From Catajapyx aquilonaris (lineage: Eukaryota), in the NCBI GenBank assembly GCA_000934665.2, contig KZ538507.1, forward strand, positions 45,602-65,601: DNA of 20,000 bases. The letters are read 5' to 3'. Under the pieces are notes generated by a model. The model did not search any database, was not told the origin of the DNA, and was given only the letters and a program-made list of their open reading frames with translations. Made by a program: the position numbers and the translations under genes. This document shows positions 9,486 through 19,640 of the stretch, piece after piece. Position 1 is the first letter of the stretch, and each line of letters starts with the position of its first letter.

Positions 9486-11704
9486 CTAAAGAAGAGAGCA
9501 CCATCTTAAGAGATGTTCTATTCCACAAACAAGTAACCATAACTACAGAAACAATCAACAAACAAGTCACAGGGAACAAACTGGACATAAAACTGGAAGC
9601 AAAAATATGTTAGTAAAATGTTATATAAATCTGATTAAAAACTGAAAGGCTGTGTAAGTCACATGGGCTTTTCATTGCAACTGTTTAATATTTCATTACA
9701 ATGGGTGACACTGGCCAATGGGATGGCTGAATCCACACCCCATGACTTTCATTGGCTTACTCAGAGATTTTGAATTACTCTCTCTTTAACACAGCAGTAA
9801 TGACAATGAGAGTTCATTGCTTACCCATAAATGTAATGGAATTTGACAGTAAAACATTTTTTCTTTACATTTTCATCTAAAATGAAACTGAAATTGACAT
9901 TCATATCACCAGTAGGAAATAATCCTGATTGCTATCATCCTCACTGCCAAGGTAATAATCTAATTTTGAAAAGAACAAAAGAACTCAAATTTTGTGATAC
10001 GATATAGCAGTCATGTACAGTATATGTGATCATTTAAGTTAAGGGTTATTAAACCTTTGTCTCCTGCTAGATTATGCATTCTTTGGGTGGGGGGTTTAAA
10101 AATAGCGCCCTAGGTGAAAATCGCTGGATCTGGCACCATTGGTTTCGCTCTCGATTCATGCACAAGATGGGGCTGAAGCATCCGAGACCTGTGGCACCCC
10201 TCAACATAAGCTAACAGATCAATATACTATATAATCAATCATTCAAATCGTGTGCATACACACACGAGATCCCGGGTTCTATCACCGCTCGGGAGTTCCC
10301 TTTCGCCTGCGTCAGGAGGGTCTCTGACCAGCACTTTGGAGGCATCTGGCAACCTACCTCCAGGGAGACTGCACATGGCCCATTTTCCAACATTGCACTT
10401 GCACCTGTGTCTCCTCCCCAAAATCCCCATCCTTACCCCCTTTCCCTTCTTCCCTGCACCAGTGTCGAATAAAAATTAGAAAATTCATCACAAATGGTGG
10501 TGTTCCACCCCCCAAAAAGAGCTATGTTCTCTATCACAGGGTTTTTTGTTACTTTTTTATTCTCAGTGGGAGTCTTTTGGCACTACTCCTGTGTGTGTGT
10601 GTATGCACATGATTTTTCATCCTGTATATCAAATTCTGAGACTGTCGAGCCACCATCACATTCCCTTCGACATACCATGACTCTGCTGGAAAAGTTGCTT
10701 TCCCCCAAAAAGTGGAAAAGGGAGCCAAGAAATCACTCAGAGGATTATAGGTGATAAGGCAACAGCTGCAAGTGGAGAGCTGCATTGCCATATTGTATGC
10801 ATTTTACCCTCTCTCTTCTTGGCATGCACGCCGTCTGTTTTTTAATTGCCCCGGATGAATGCTTTACCCTAGGATATTATCACTTTGAGGGAGAACAGTT
10901 TAAAAATGTGGGCACCGAATTGTTTTGCCCCCATTTTGATAGCCACACCCGATAGAAAGTTGTTGCTTCCGGATGATGCAGAGATGTTTCTCGCCGTAGT
11001 ACAGTAGGTTTTCGTCGTAGAGGAATGGGACCAGGTCCATTAATAGCTACTGAACCCTTCTCAACATGATGCAAAAAGAATCGTGGCCATAATCCAAAAT
11101 GAACGCCCACAGTCAAATAGAAACTTGCATTTCGAATTCAAGAGCGCGTCGACTGCAGCGCTGTCAGGGAGAGAAGTCATGCACTACTTACCCCCAGCAG
11201 GGCTGTAAAAGCTCCGGTTTGTATCATCAACTTATATCCCTATTATCTCCACTATGGACCTCTTGATTTTATTCAAACCAACAGCCACCTGCACCCAAAA
11301 ATTGTGAAAGTGAGATGACTAGAAGGACTTTTTCTGCGAATATCTAGTCTACTAATGGCAACATTTTTCATTTTCATCCCAGTTTCCTGCCTGTTTGGCA
11401 CCCTAAATGTTGATTATTATAAATAATTTGCAAAATGTAATACACTCATCTCAATTTCCTACTCATGCTGAATGGATTAAGATATAGTTGACAAGATTAC
11501 CATAAATAGTGTAAGAGAAAACAGGGATATAAGTTACATGGGATACGGCTATTCCCACTCCGGGGTGATACACAGCCTTAAGTACAAACTAACTTCCTCT
11601 TGTTATTTCTAAAGTCTTGTCATGACGATGGGATTAGCATACACAGGGAACGTCACACAAGACACACTAAGACATAATCCATGCTTCAAACTCGGCTTAT
11701 TTAC

Positions 11705-11965
11705 AGGATAGAACAACTTTTGTTCCAGTTCCTTGACCCTGTCATCAAAATTGGGGGCAGTCTGTCTGTAGATAAAGATGGAGGTGTCTTCAAAGGGAGC
11801 CTGCTCCCCACCATCATCATTGTTGTTATCCCTCGAGGTGCTGGCCTGTAGCATCTGCATACTCTTAAGGAACTGCAGGGTAGCCAGCATACGCTGTTCC
11901 CTCCGCTTACGCTGCCTCTCAATGCGGTTCTGGCATATCTCCTCCCTGCGCTTCCACTGCTCTTC
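11705..11965 (-). CDS. MICAL: MICAL exon: CH-LIM linker, charged helix
   Basis: 261 nt, phase 0/0. Acceptor gtccag|GAA, donor CCT|gtaaat. Encodes EEQWKRREEICQNRIERQRKRR...QFLKSMQMLQA...PFEDTSIFIYRQTAPNFDDRVKELEQKLFYP; resembles the arthropod MICAL linker (from recall). Confidence 0.85.
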
Positions 11966-12711
11966 CTGGACCCACAATTTCACAATTTACTTAAAAAGAC
12001 TAAGTTATATTTCTAACTCCTCAGCCAATTTTGATTGTTTTTCATGCCAAGACTTGATATACTGTAGTTTCTTAGAATACCTGCCTAATACTACCCCGCT
12101 GAAAAGTGACATTATGGTTTCAATAACAAGGGACACCTCAAGTTCCATTTGCCATTTATATCCATCATTCGCTACCTGCCTAGATTTTCACTTACATGCA
12201 TGTTGTCTAGATTTATTCACCTGTTAAAAATAGGGTAATAAGTATACTCCAATTGTTTAAAGATCCTACCTTGTATAATTTTGTGTTATGTGAATGCACA
12301 GGTGAGCAAGGGCCCATCTCGTGGGTGATTAATTACAATTTAAAAAAATCAGATTTAATAAAGCTAGATTTCAATTACCACTGAAATACACCTCCAGGTG
12401 TATGAATATTCGCGTGGTGATAATAGAAGCTGGAACTTGAAAACATCAAGGCAGAGAATACAAAACTCTTGAAACATCCACCGTAAACAGGCAGCTGCAT
12501 GATGAAGCTAGGTGACACACATGAAAATTTTATAGCTTTTTTGCAACAAGACTGGTGGAGATCAAGACAAACTCTTCCACTTGGCATCTTAATATGCACT
12601 GATATCAGAGGTCAATTTTTGTGCCAAATGCAGTGTTTCATAAACTTGATTTATGCCATTCTCTCTACTACACTTTACTTTTCTCCCAAAGACAGTGTAT
12701 GAGATACTGAC

Positions 12712-12966
12712 CAGGGCCTTCTCCTTGTCTCCACTTCTCCTTCTCCGAGCTCTCTTGAGTGTTCCTCCTCCTCCACTCCCACCAACTGCAGTGCTCTCCC
12801 CCCTCTCCCCGGAGTACCTCTTCTTCCCTCCACTGGATTTAGAAGCTCCGATCTTAGCAATAAGGCAGGCACGCAGGGCGCGTTGGTGAGCTGCAGAGGT
12901 CACCTGGTGCTGGGCAGACGTCTGGACTGATGGGACTAGTTCCTTCAGGCAGAGTTCAGGATCATC
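12712..12966 (-). CDS. MICAL: MICAL exon: CH-LIM linker, basic and Gly-rich
   Basis: 255 nt, phase 0/0. Acceptor aatgcag|GAT, donor CTG|gtcagt. Encodes DDPELCLKELV...GGKKRYSGE...TLKRARRRRSGDKEKAL; a GC-rich open island in AT-rich intron. Confidence 0.82.
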
Positions 12967-13065
12967 CTGCATTACATTCAAATAATAGTTCAAATGTAAG
13001 CTAGTCATTACATTACACAGATGGACAACTGTTTCCATACCTCCATCCAACCTTATACTCTTTAA

Positions 13066-13130
13066 CCCAGATATGCCGAGTGTCCCCTATAGGGGACACC
13101 TGCACAGTTGTTGCATTTTAATTTTTTTGC
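13066..13130. mobile_element. Possible piggyBac-type terminus with a 20-bp palindrome
   Basis: TTAA|CCC start followed by GTGTCCCCTATAGGGGACAC (13080-13099). No convincing matching right TIR; the end coordinate is approximate. Confidence 0.35.
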
Positions 13131-13792
13131 GCAGGTTCTTCTGCTGCTAAAGAGCTGGCAGTAGTGACGGGAGCTTCAGGAGAGTCCCAGCTAACGATAC
13201 AAGTTCAAACCTGCTCACTATTGCTTCAGATTTTTAAGATACAGGTGTTTGAATTTTAACTCAGGAAATAATGGCTGCACCTCCACGTTCCGAAGACGAT
13301 TAGTAATTAATTCTCGAATGTTGATTAGCATTATGAGTTATTTTTTGTTTGTAATACTTAGAAAACTTATGAATGATGATGTCGATGTGGAAATATAGGA
13401 ATATTTTTTACTTTCCTTGTCTGAGAGTAGTGCTGAAATCTGGCGTCCCTTCGGGGGAACGCAATAAGAGGCAAATGCACCCACATTTGGACAAGTAAAG
13501 TATGTGTGTGAATTTTGTATGATTTGTTGAACTGTATTTTAATGAATCCATACAATTAAAACGAGATTACATGCCAATTGGTTAACATAGCAACCGTTGC
13601 AACAATCCTTGATTGTTGTTGATTGTTACTCAATTACAACCCATTCTTTGCGCGGCCTGTTTCCAATGGTAATGCAATCGACGACAATCAATCATCGATG
13701 ATATTATGAAACTATGGATATTGCTGAATGTCACTGTTGCCGTGGTAATGTAATCAACAACTGTTATAGCCATACTAGGTTACATTACCGAA

Positions 13793-14089
13793 GCAGTGGT
13801 GGCGGAGGGGATATGGTATCCGACTGCTAATCGGGAGGTCCTGGGTTTGAATCCCGGTGCCGGCAACTCTAACCGTGGTTTTCTGTGGTTTCCCACGGTT
13901 CCTCCAGGAGAATTCCGGAGTTGTTTCCTAAAATAATAGGCCACAGCCGCCTCCTTCCTTTCCTATCCTATCTCAAAAAGCGCAGTAAAATCGAAACGAA
14001 GAGTTCCTGTCAAAAAAAAAAATCCTCCCTAAGGAGCCGCCGGCTGATAACGGGGTATGAATTATTATTATTATTATTATTATTATTAT
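13793..14089 (+). mobile_element. tRNA-derived SINE with (ATT)n tail
   Basis: A-box-like TGGCGGAGGGG (13800), anticodon-like stem-loop TCCGA-CTGCTAA-TCGGG, B box GGTTTGAATCC (13844-13854), a body (GTGGTTTCCC...CCTCCAGG...TAGGCCACAGCCGCCTCCTTCC) resembling insect SINE central domains, and an (ATT)9 tail. Confidence 0.85.
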
Positions 14090-14998
14090 GCCATCAAAGC
14101 ATTTCCATAACAATTGACAGATGGGCCCTTATTGCAGTGTGGTCTTCAATCGCTCCATTTCACTAAACCCTCAATGACCTATCTTCTGTGGTGCAACCAA
14201 GCCTAAATACTAGTTGTACCACTCATGGTGTATCTCAAATGGTGCATTGAGCCTTATTATTGTTGTTTCAAATATAACTACCAACAACGAACAACAAGGG
14301 TGACCTTGTTTTGGATTTACTATCAATATTATTTTACAACTCATTGTAAAGCACTTTGAAGGACTGCATTGTTAGATGCAAGATATGATACAGGTGAAGA
14401 ACAATACAGTATTATTCTGTGCCAAGGGTGGAAACCTTGGTGAAAACAGTAGAATAATCATGCTCCCTTAATTGCCTGATATACAAATCAGTAAGTCATG
14501 AATGAGTTCAACGTTTCAGTTGCACTTTAACCTATACAACTATCTTCCCCCACAGCACCTTCAAAGCAAGTGTGAACACCTACAGTAACTTATAAAGTCT
14601 ATTTGAACTCTTGCTGAAAATATTGCATGCAATAAATGCACCATGGAAATAAATGAATTCAGTCACACATTTGCCTTAGCAATTGCAGTCATTTCTCCAG
14701 GTCACTATCAACATACTAGGGTCTCTCACTGTAGAGTGTAGAGTAAATTAAATATCTGAATGCACTGTTCTTATTCTAGTTACAATTACACATACCACAT
14801 GGACAGCTTGGTTCCAAAGACCTTGCCACAACCTTGCTTTGGTGAGTTAAGGGTGGCAGCATGTGGAGATGGAGCAGGAGAGGGGTGAAAGAAATTGAGG
14901 GTTGTGACAATTGTTCTAGGAGCTGAGAAGGTGTCAGTTGCCAAATATTTAGTTCATAATAAATCTGTACATATATTATGTTTTGGAAATATCACGGG

Positions 14999-15262
14999 GG
15001 GAATACACGAGAAATCAACTAAATCACAAAGACCCGTTTTGAGATATTCGCAGGCAAAGCTTTGACCTCGTACTTGTTTACATGCTACTGATGATATAAA
15101 ATCCTGGCTTCATGGTTCATGGTTCATTATGAATCCTTATGACCTTATGACCTTATGACCAAATGCACTTCAAGCAATAGAGCTGAAAAAATGCTCTTTG
15201 TTAGTGGTGTAAATGACTCAAAAACCCCTAAAATTGAACTACTGGATTTCTCGTGCATGCCC
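14999..15262. mobile_element. Small MITE with internal tandem repeats
   Basis: Imperfect TIR GGGAATACACGAGAAATC / GATTTCTCGTGCATGCCC; internal CATGGTT and CCTTATGA tandem units at about 15106-15160. Confidence 0.6.
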
Positions 15263-15271
15263 ATAATACTA

Positions 15272-15858
15272 CGAGGGCCATACTAAAATGATTTACAATT
15301 TATTTTTTTACCACAAATACACTGCCCGTACAGGTCGGCAGATAGTCACATGTTATAGATAGAATCCTCTTGGAGCCGAATACACAGGAGTCATGGGTGT
15401 GAAACCTCTCCGTGCCCTCCAGGACCCATTTTTTGGAGGTTCGGCGCACCCCGTCCCAGACAACTGATTACAGTCAACAATGTCCTTGAAATTGCATCAG
15501 CGAAGGAGTTTTTTTCATGGATCTGAACAGGTGAAAGTCACTGGGGGCCAAGCCGGGTGAGTGCATCAGGTGTGGAAGCACCCAAACCCAGATCCATGGA
15601 AAAAACCCTTCACCTACGCCATTTCAAGGACACTGTTGACAGTTGTTTACATTGTTGATTGTGCACAGTTGTCTGGTATTGGGTGCGTCGCACCTCCAAA
15701 AAGTGGTTCCTGGAGGGCCTGGAGAGGTTGACACACCTGTGGTGGTAGTGAATTCAGCTCCAGGATTCTATTTATAATGTGTGACTATTTGCCGACCTGT
15801 ACAGGCACTGTATTTGTGGCAAAAAAATTAATTGTAAACCATTTTAGGACAGCCCACG
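15272..15858. mobile_element. Foldback (palindromic) mariner derivative made of two 3' ends
   Basis: TA|CGAGGG...CCCACG|TA termini with inverted arms 15272-15525 and 15589-15858. Minus strand 15581 to about 15510 reads VLPHLMHSPGLAPSDFHLFRSMKK, the mariner transposase HPPYSPDLAPSDF motif. Confidence 0.88.
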
Positions 15859-16582
15859 TATATTGTAACCCATATTAATGATCATATTGGGTACACCCTT
15901 CGGGTCAGGTTGCACCATTGATGGTAACTTGATGACTGAGCTGCATGAATGGTGCTACCTTGCCTGTCACTTTTTCTAAATAGAACCACTGAGTAGCTGC
16001 AAATAGCCTCCTTCAACATTGTTACGGTATCGCTAAAAATTCATAAGTGCCATCTGGCCCCTGAATTGCTGGTTACTGCATTTGAGCCTTAGACCAAATC
16101 ATATGTAACACCAGTAAATGAATACCGGTGACACCAAGTAGACAAAGTCCGGAGCAGCAGCTATGCCATTTTCAATGGATTTCAGGCAGACTCAAAGAAA
16201 GGGGTGTTGTTTAATTTTATAATATAATCAATAAATAAATAGCAAATCAGTCACTTAGTAAGTACCAAATCTGACTTATAGATATCACAGTAGAAACCAG
16301 TAGTGCATGATCATCAATCAAGTGACCAATATGCAACTCTTAAAAATTGGATTCCAATTAACATTGCTAAAAAAATATCACAAATTCTACACTCACCCCC
16401 CACCCCTCATGTGGCCACTTGAAAGATGAAAAAATGACAAAATTATACACACAGATTTTCACGGATCAATAGGAAAATACACATTCGCTTTTGCTTTTTA
16501 TATGATCAGCCCCAAACTTAAAAAATTAACACAGAACTTTGCAAACCATCCCTTGCTTGCATAGTTTCAAACAAATACTTAC

Positions 16583-16705
16583 CAGTTTCGGATGTTTCAC
16601 ATGTGGAATTTCTCCACGGAACACATCATATATTTGGGAAAGGTAGGACACCATCGTCAACTTGTCTACCACTTCACACTCTGCCATTTCTTTTCCTGTC
16701 ATTAC
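16583..16705 (-). CDS. MICAL: MICAL exon: CH domain, second part
   Basis: 123 nt, phase 0/0. Acceptor ttttgttttag|GTA, donor CTG|gtaagt. Encodes VMTGKEMAECEVVDKLTMVSYLSQIYDVFRGEIPHVKHPKL, the CH C-terminal helix. Confidence 0.95.
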
Positions 16706-16774
16706 CTAAAACAAAATAATAACTGCAGAATTCAAGACAATAGAGTAAGGTGTAACACTTGGAAGTCAACTTAC

Positions 16775-17007
16775 AGGTGGTATCCCCATCTCAGTCTCAA
16801 GGACGTCAAAAGCTAGCTGATTGTTGCCTGCTGCATCATCCCTATCCAGCTCATGGAAATTTATGAGGTCCGGTCGAAAATAATGAATGAGGGCACATAT
16901 AGCAAGACCACTGCGAAGGGATGCTGCCACATCGTCAAGAACCAGGTCATAGCCAGACACCTGCTTCTGCAGCCATGCCAGAAGAGTCTCTGGGTTGACT
17001 AGAGAAT
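16775..17007 (-). CDS. MICAL: MICAL exon: calponin-homology (CH) domain, first part
   Basis: 233 nt, phase 1/0. Pyrimidine-rich acceptor tttttctgaag|AT, donor CCT|gtaagt. Encodes DSLVNPETLLAWLQKQV...SLRSGLAICALIHYFRPDLINFHEL...NNQLAFDVLETEMGIPP, a type-2 CH domain. Confidence 0.96.
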
Positions 17008-17126
17008 CTTCAGAAAAATAAGAGAGGAGAGGAAAACTGATGAATCGGACTGACAGTTTCATAATGGCATATTAATGTATGCCATTCGACACACCAAAGG
17101 ATAAGAAATTTTCTAGTAGTAGAGTA

Positions 17127-17807
17127 TTTTCACACTTAAGCCGCTTGTTTTTAAGCATATACTTTGGAACAGCTACTTTTGAGGTGAAGAAAAATTTACA
17201 GGGTGGCCACGAAGAAAGGGGCACATGTTTGATAAGCAATCAGTCACCTTCCTAGCCACCAGAGGATCAACTTATGTAGAGGAGTCATTATGTCTGGGCA
17301 GCCTCATTACTGAGATACACTCTTTAGCGATTTTTGCCTAATCGCTCCTTCTGACTTTCAAATAGAATTTTCTGGTGTAACTAGCCAAAGAGGCCTTACC
17401 ACCTGTGGGCAACAAACCAACAAAGTCCGGCCCCCAGACCTTCCAGAGCCTTCTGACTGGGGGAGGGTTCGATGGGTGGCCTAACCGACAGGATATTTTG
17501 TACTACATGTTTGCGGCCAATTATCTCAGTAATGCGGCGGCCAGACATAATGACTCCTATACTTAAATCGATCCTCTGGTGGCTAGGAAGGCAGTCATAT
17601 ACGTCGGGGCACTGAGTTCAGATACACCCTGTATACATGTTTTCTTGTAGTTTTATTTGCCTTAATGGAATTTTCTTATTGACTGATTCCTCATCAAACA
17701 TGTGCCCCTCTCTTCTCTCTCTCGTGGCCACCCTGTATATTTTTCTTCACCTCAAAAGTAGCTGTTCCAAAGTATATGCTTAAAAACAAGCAACACAAGT
17801 GTGAAAA
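17127..17807. repeat. Long inverted repeat extending outside the MITE
   Basis: 17143-17212 and 17722-17791 are reverse complements with one mismatch over 70 bp, plus TTTTCACACTT / AAGTGTGAAAA further out. Confidence 0.92.
17199..17735. mobile_element. Tc1/mariner-type palindromic MITE (CAGGGTG termini)
   Basis: TA|CAGGGTGGCCACGA...TCGTGGCCACCCTG|TA; inner inverted arms 17248-17318 and 17522-17591; an extra CACCCTG|TA terminus at about 17625-17633. Confidence 0.8.
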
Positions 17808-18087
17808 AATGTCTAACCATTCTTAGAATCCATTTGGAATACACATTGTGAGAAGTGCAACCTGGTCTGAGAAAAAAATAGAATCATAGTGAAAATTATT
17901 ATTATTAGAGCAACTTCTCTTTAACTATAGGTGGCTATGCAAAAGAAATTAATAAGACTCTTTGCTGTAACACTATTTTGAAAACTGTCTCAAAGACAAA
18001 CCCCAGTTGAACAATAAACCATTGTAACTGTTACAGAAAATGTAGCTACCGAAGCTACAGAATGTAACACTCATGGCAAACACTTAC

Positions 18088-18093
18088 CTTTCC
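18088..18093 (-). CDS. MICAL: Candidate 6-nt microexon of MICAL (GGAAAG, adds Gly-Lys)
   Basis: Minus strand reads ...ttttttcttttcaatgtgttcctgctatcaccttcatatctacag|GGAAAG|gtaagtg. Consensus donor, CAG acceptor, phase 1/1, frame-preserving. Confidence 0.55.
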
Positions 18094-18485
18094 CTGTAGA
18101 TATGAAGGTGATAGCAGGAACACATTGAAAAGAAAAAATGAATGTTTCAATAATATTTACTGGCAGTGGGGGCTGCATGCAAGAAGTTGGGAGGTATTAG
18201 AAATAAGGATGTGTTGAAGTTGAACAGTCTTACAAAATTTCTGTATTTTTCAATCTCAAGGCATGGCAGGCAGGAAAAAAACATATATTATTTCTGCTCT
18301 AATGGTCATGTGACTAATAATTATCAGCGGCTCTTATCCCAAGATCTTGCTCTCACAAAATGAATCCTAGATCTCAAGGCAACTAAGTATGACAAGGGCC
18401 AGTAACTTGAATTCAATTCTCTGTAGTCACAGGTACACATTAGGCTTTTTAAAAATATAATGCCAGAGCATCTATCCAGGCTCAC

Positions 18486-18570
18486 CTCTTCTCCTCTTCT
18501 TCTTGACTGGCTCAATTACTTGTGGCTTCTCAATAGCCTCAGGGTTGTCACTATTATACAGTGACCTCAT
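18486..18570 (-). CDS. MICAL: MICAL exon: MO-CH linker with basic cluster
   Basis: 85 nt, phase 0/1. Acceptor tattgcag|ATG, donor AGAG|gtgagc. Encodes MRSLYNSDNPEAIEKPQVIEPVKKKRRR; phases fit both neighbouring exons. Confidence 0.88.
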
Positions 18571-18659
18571 CTGCAATACAAGGCACCAGCAATCAGCACA
18601 TTAATCTTGGACCATATGCAACAAAACCAATACTGAACATAATTTTTCATTTACTTTAC

Positions 18660-18905
18660 CTGAAATGAAAGTACACTCCTGACATTGAGATTGGGATATC
18701 TGGTATGGGGATCTAGTGTATATGCAGCATGCTCCTTATTCAGATTCTCCGGGGTCGTCTGTGCCAGGAGACGATATATGGACTCACGCTCAGCCAGCAC
18801 TTCCAGTGGTGTCATCTTCCCTGAAGACCAGCTTCTTACCATCCAGCATGAATCCATGGAACTAAGAAAGCCTCTGGCACATCCACTCCCAGTGGGCCAG
18901 AATGG
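18660..18905 (-). CDS. MICAL: MICAL exon (first in window): C-terminal part of the flavoprotein monooxygenase domain
   Basis: 246 nt, phase 0/0. Acceptor tcctctttag|CCA, donor CAG|gtaaag. Translates [26 protein letters not shown]...[19 protein letters not shown]...[13 protein letters not shown], recognisable as the end of the MICAL MO domain. Confidence 0.96.
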
Positions 18906-19094
18906 CTAAAGAGGACAAATAAAATTTGCTTATCAAATCCACCAAACAAAATACTTCTTGAACATTCCAGACATTCTGAGCCTGAAACTTTCCTTGCCTG
19001 TTCCCAACTAGCAACCACCTGTCTGGTACTTTTCTTGTTGGTCTTGTCAAACCCCTACTTAATAATAATAACTTATATATAATAATAATATATA

Positions 19095-19640
19095 CAGGGT
19101 GAAGGGAAAGGACCTCATGCATTAAGCATAGTAAAAAGGATCCCAAAATTGATTTCTTCGTGCTTCGGATATGTTGCTGGGGGTGGCGAGTAGGCCCCGT
19201 GTGCAAAAGGAGCGGCCTCGATTGGCCGCGGTTAGGCTTGTAGGCAGGTCACGTGACCTAGCCTTTCAAAAATCACCACGCCCAAACGACTTTGATTTAA
19301 GAAATTATTTTTGGCATGGAGGTATATCTAGCCTAGTACTATCTAACGCTACAATAGAATTCCATCTAGCCCGTCTCTGATTGGCCGAAATAGACGAGTG
19401 AAAAAGAAGTGGCTTTTTTACCAATTTAAAGCTGGCCGCCCAACATGACGTATACCTTATTTGACAGCTCCAAAGAAGTTTTACACCATATTAAAAAATC
19501 AGACAATTCTATCCGTGGACCGCTATATTTTATTTAGTAACAACCAAACACCACCCTTATAATTCACACAAATGTACTACTACCCACTTTTATACTATTT
19601 TGAGCCATTCTTGGAGTTCATGAATCTAAAAATTACATGA
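19095..19640. mobile_element. Probable Tc1/mariner-type element fragment (CAGGGTG terminus after a TA run)
   Basis: TATATA|CAGGGTG start with a CpG-rich interior. No clear right TIR, so the right boundary is approximate. Confidence 0.4.

Noticed and set aside
11192..11202. 11-nt coding microexon (ttttacag|CCCTGCTGGGG|gtaagt)
   Set aside because: Length is not a multiple of three, so it would frameshift; kept only as a possible UTR exon donor.
11778..12889. Plus-strand ORFs (149 aa, 78 aa, 67 aa)
   Set aside because: Mostly antisense shadows of MICAL exons with low-complexity Leu/Ser/Pro composition and no independent evidence.
13580..13785. CAATC/GATTG-rich, loosely symmetric segment as a distinct element
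   Set aside because: Probably a decayed transposon, but I could not define its termini or target duplication.
13793..13865. tRNA-Ser(GCT) gene
   Set aside because: No pairing acceptor stem, no long variable arm and no oligo-T terminator directly after; it continues into a SINE body and (ATT)n tail.
14796..14945. Possible extra MICAL exon (stop-free TDTFSAPRT...GTKLSM with a gtatgt donor)
   Set aside because: The donor falls in phase 2 of the open frame while the flanking exons are phase 0, and there is no recognisable similarity to MICAL.
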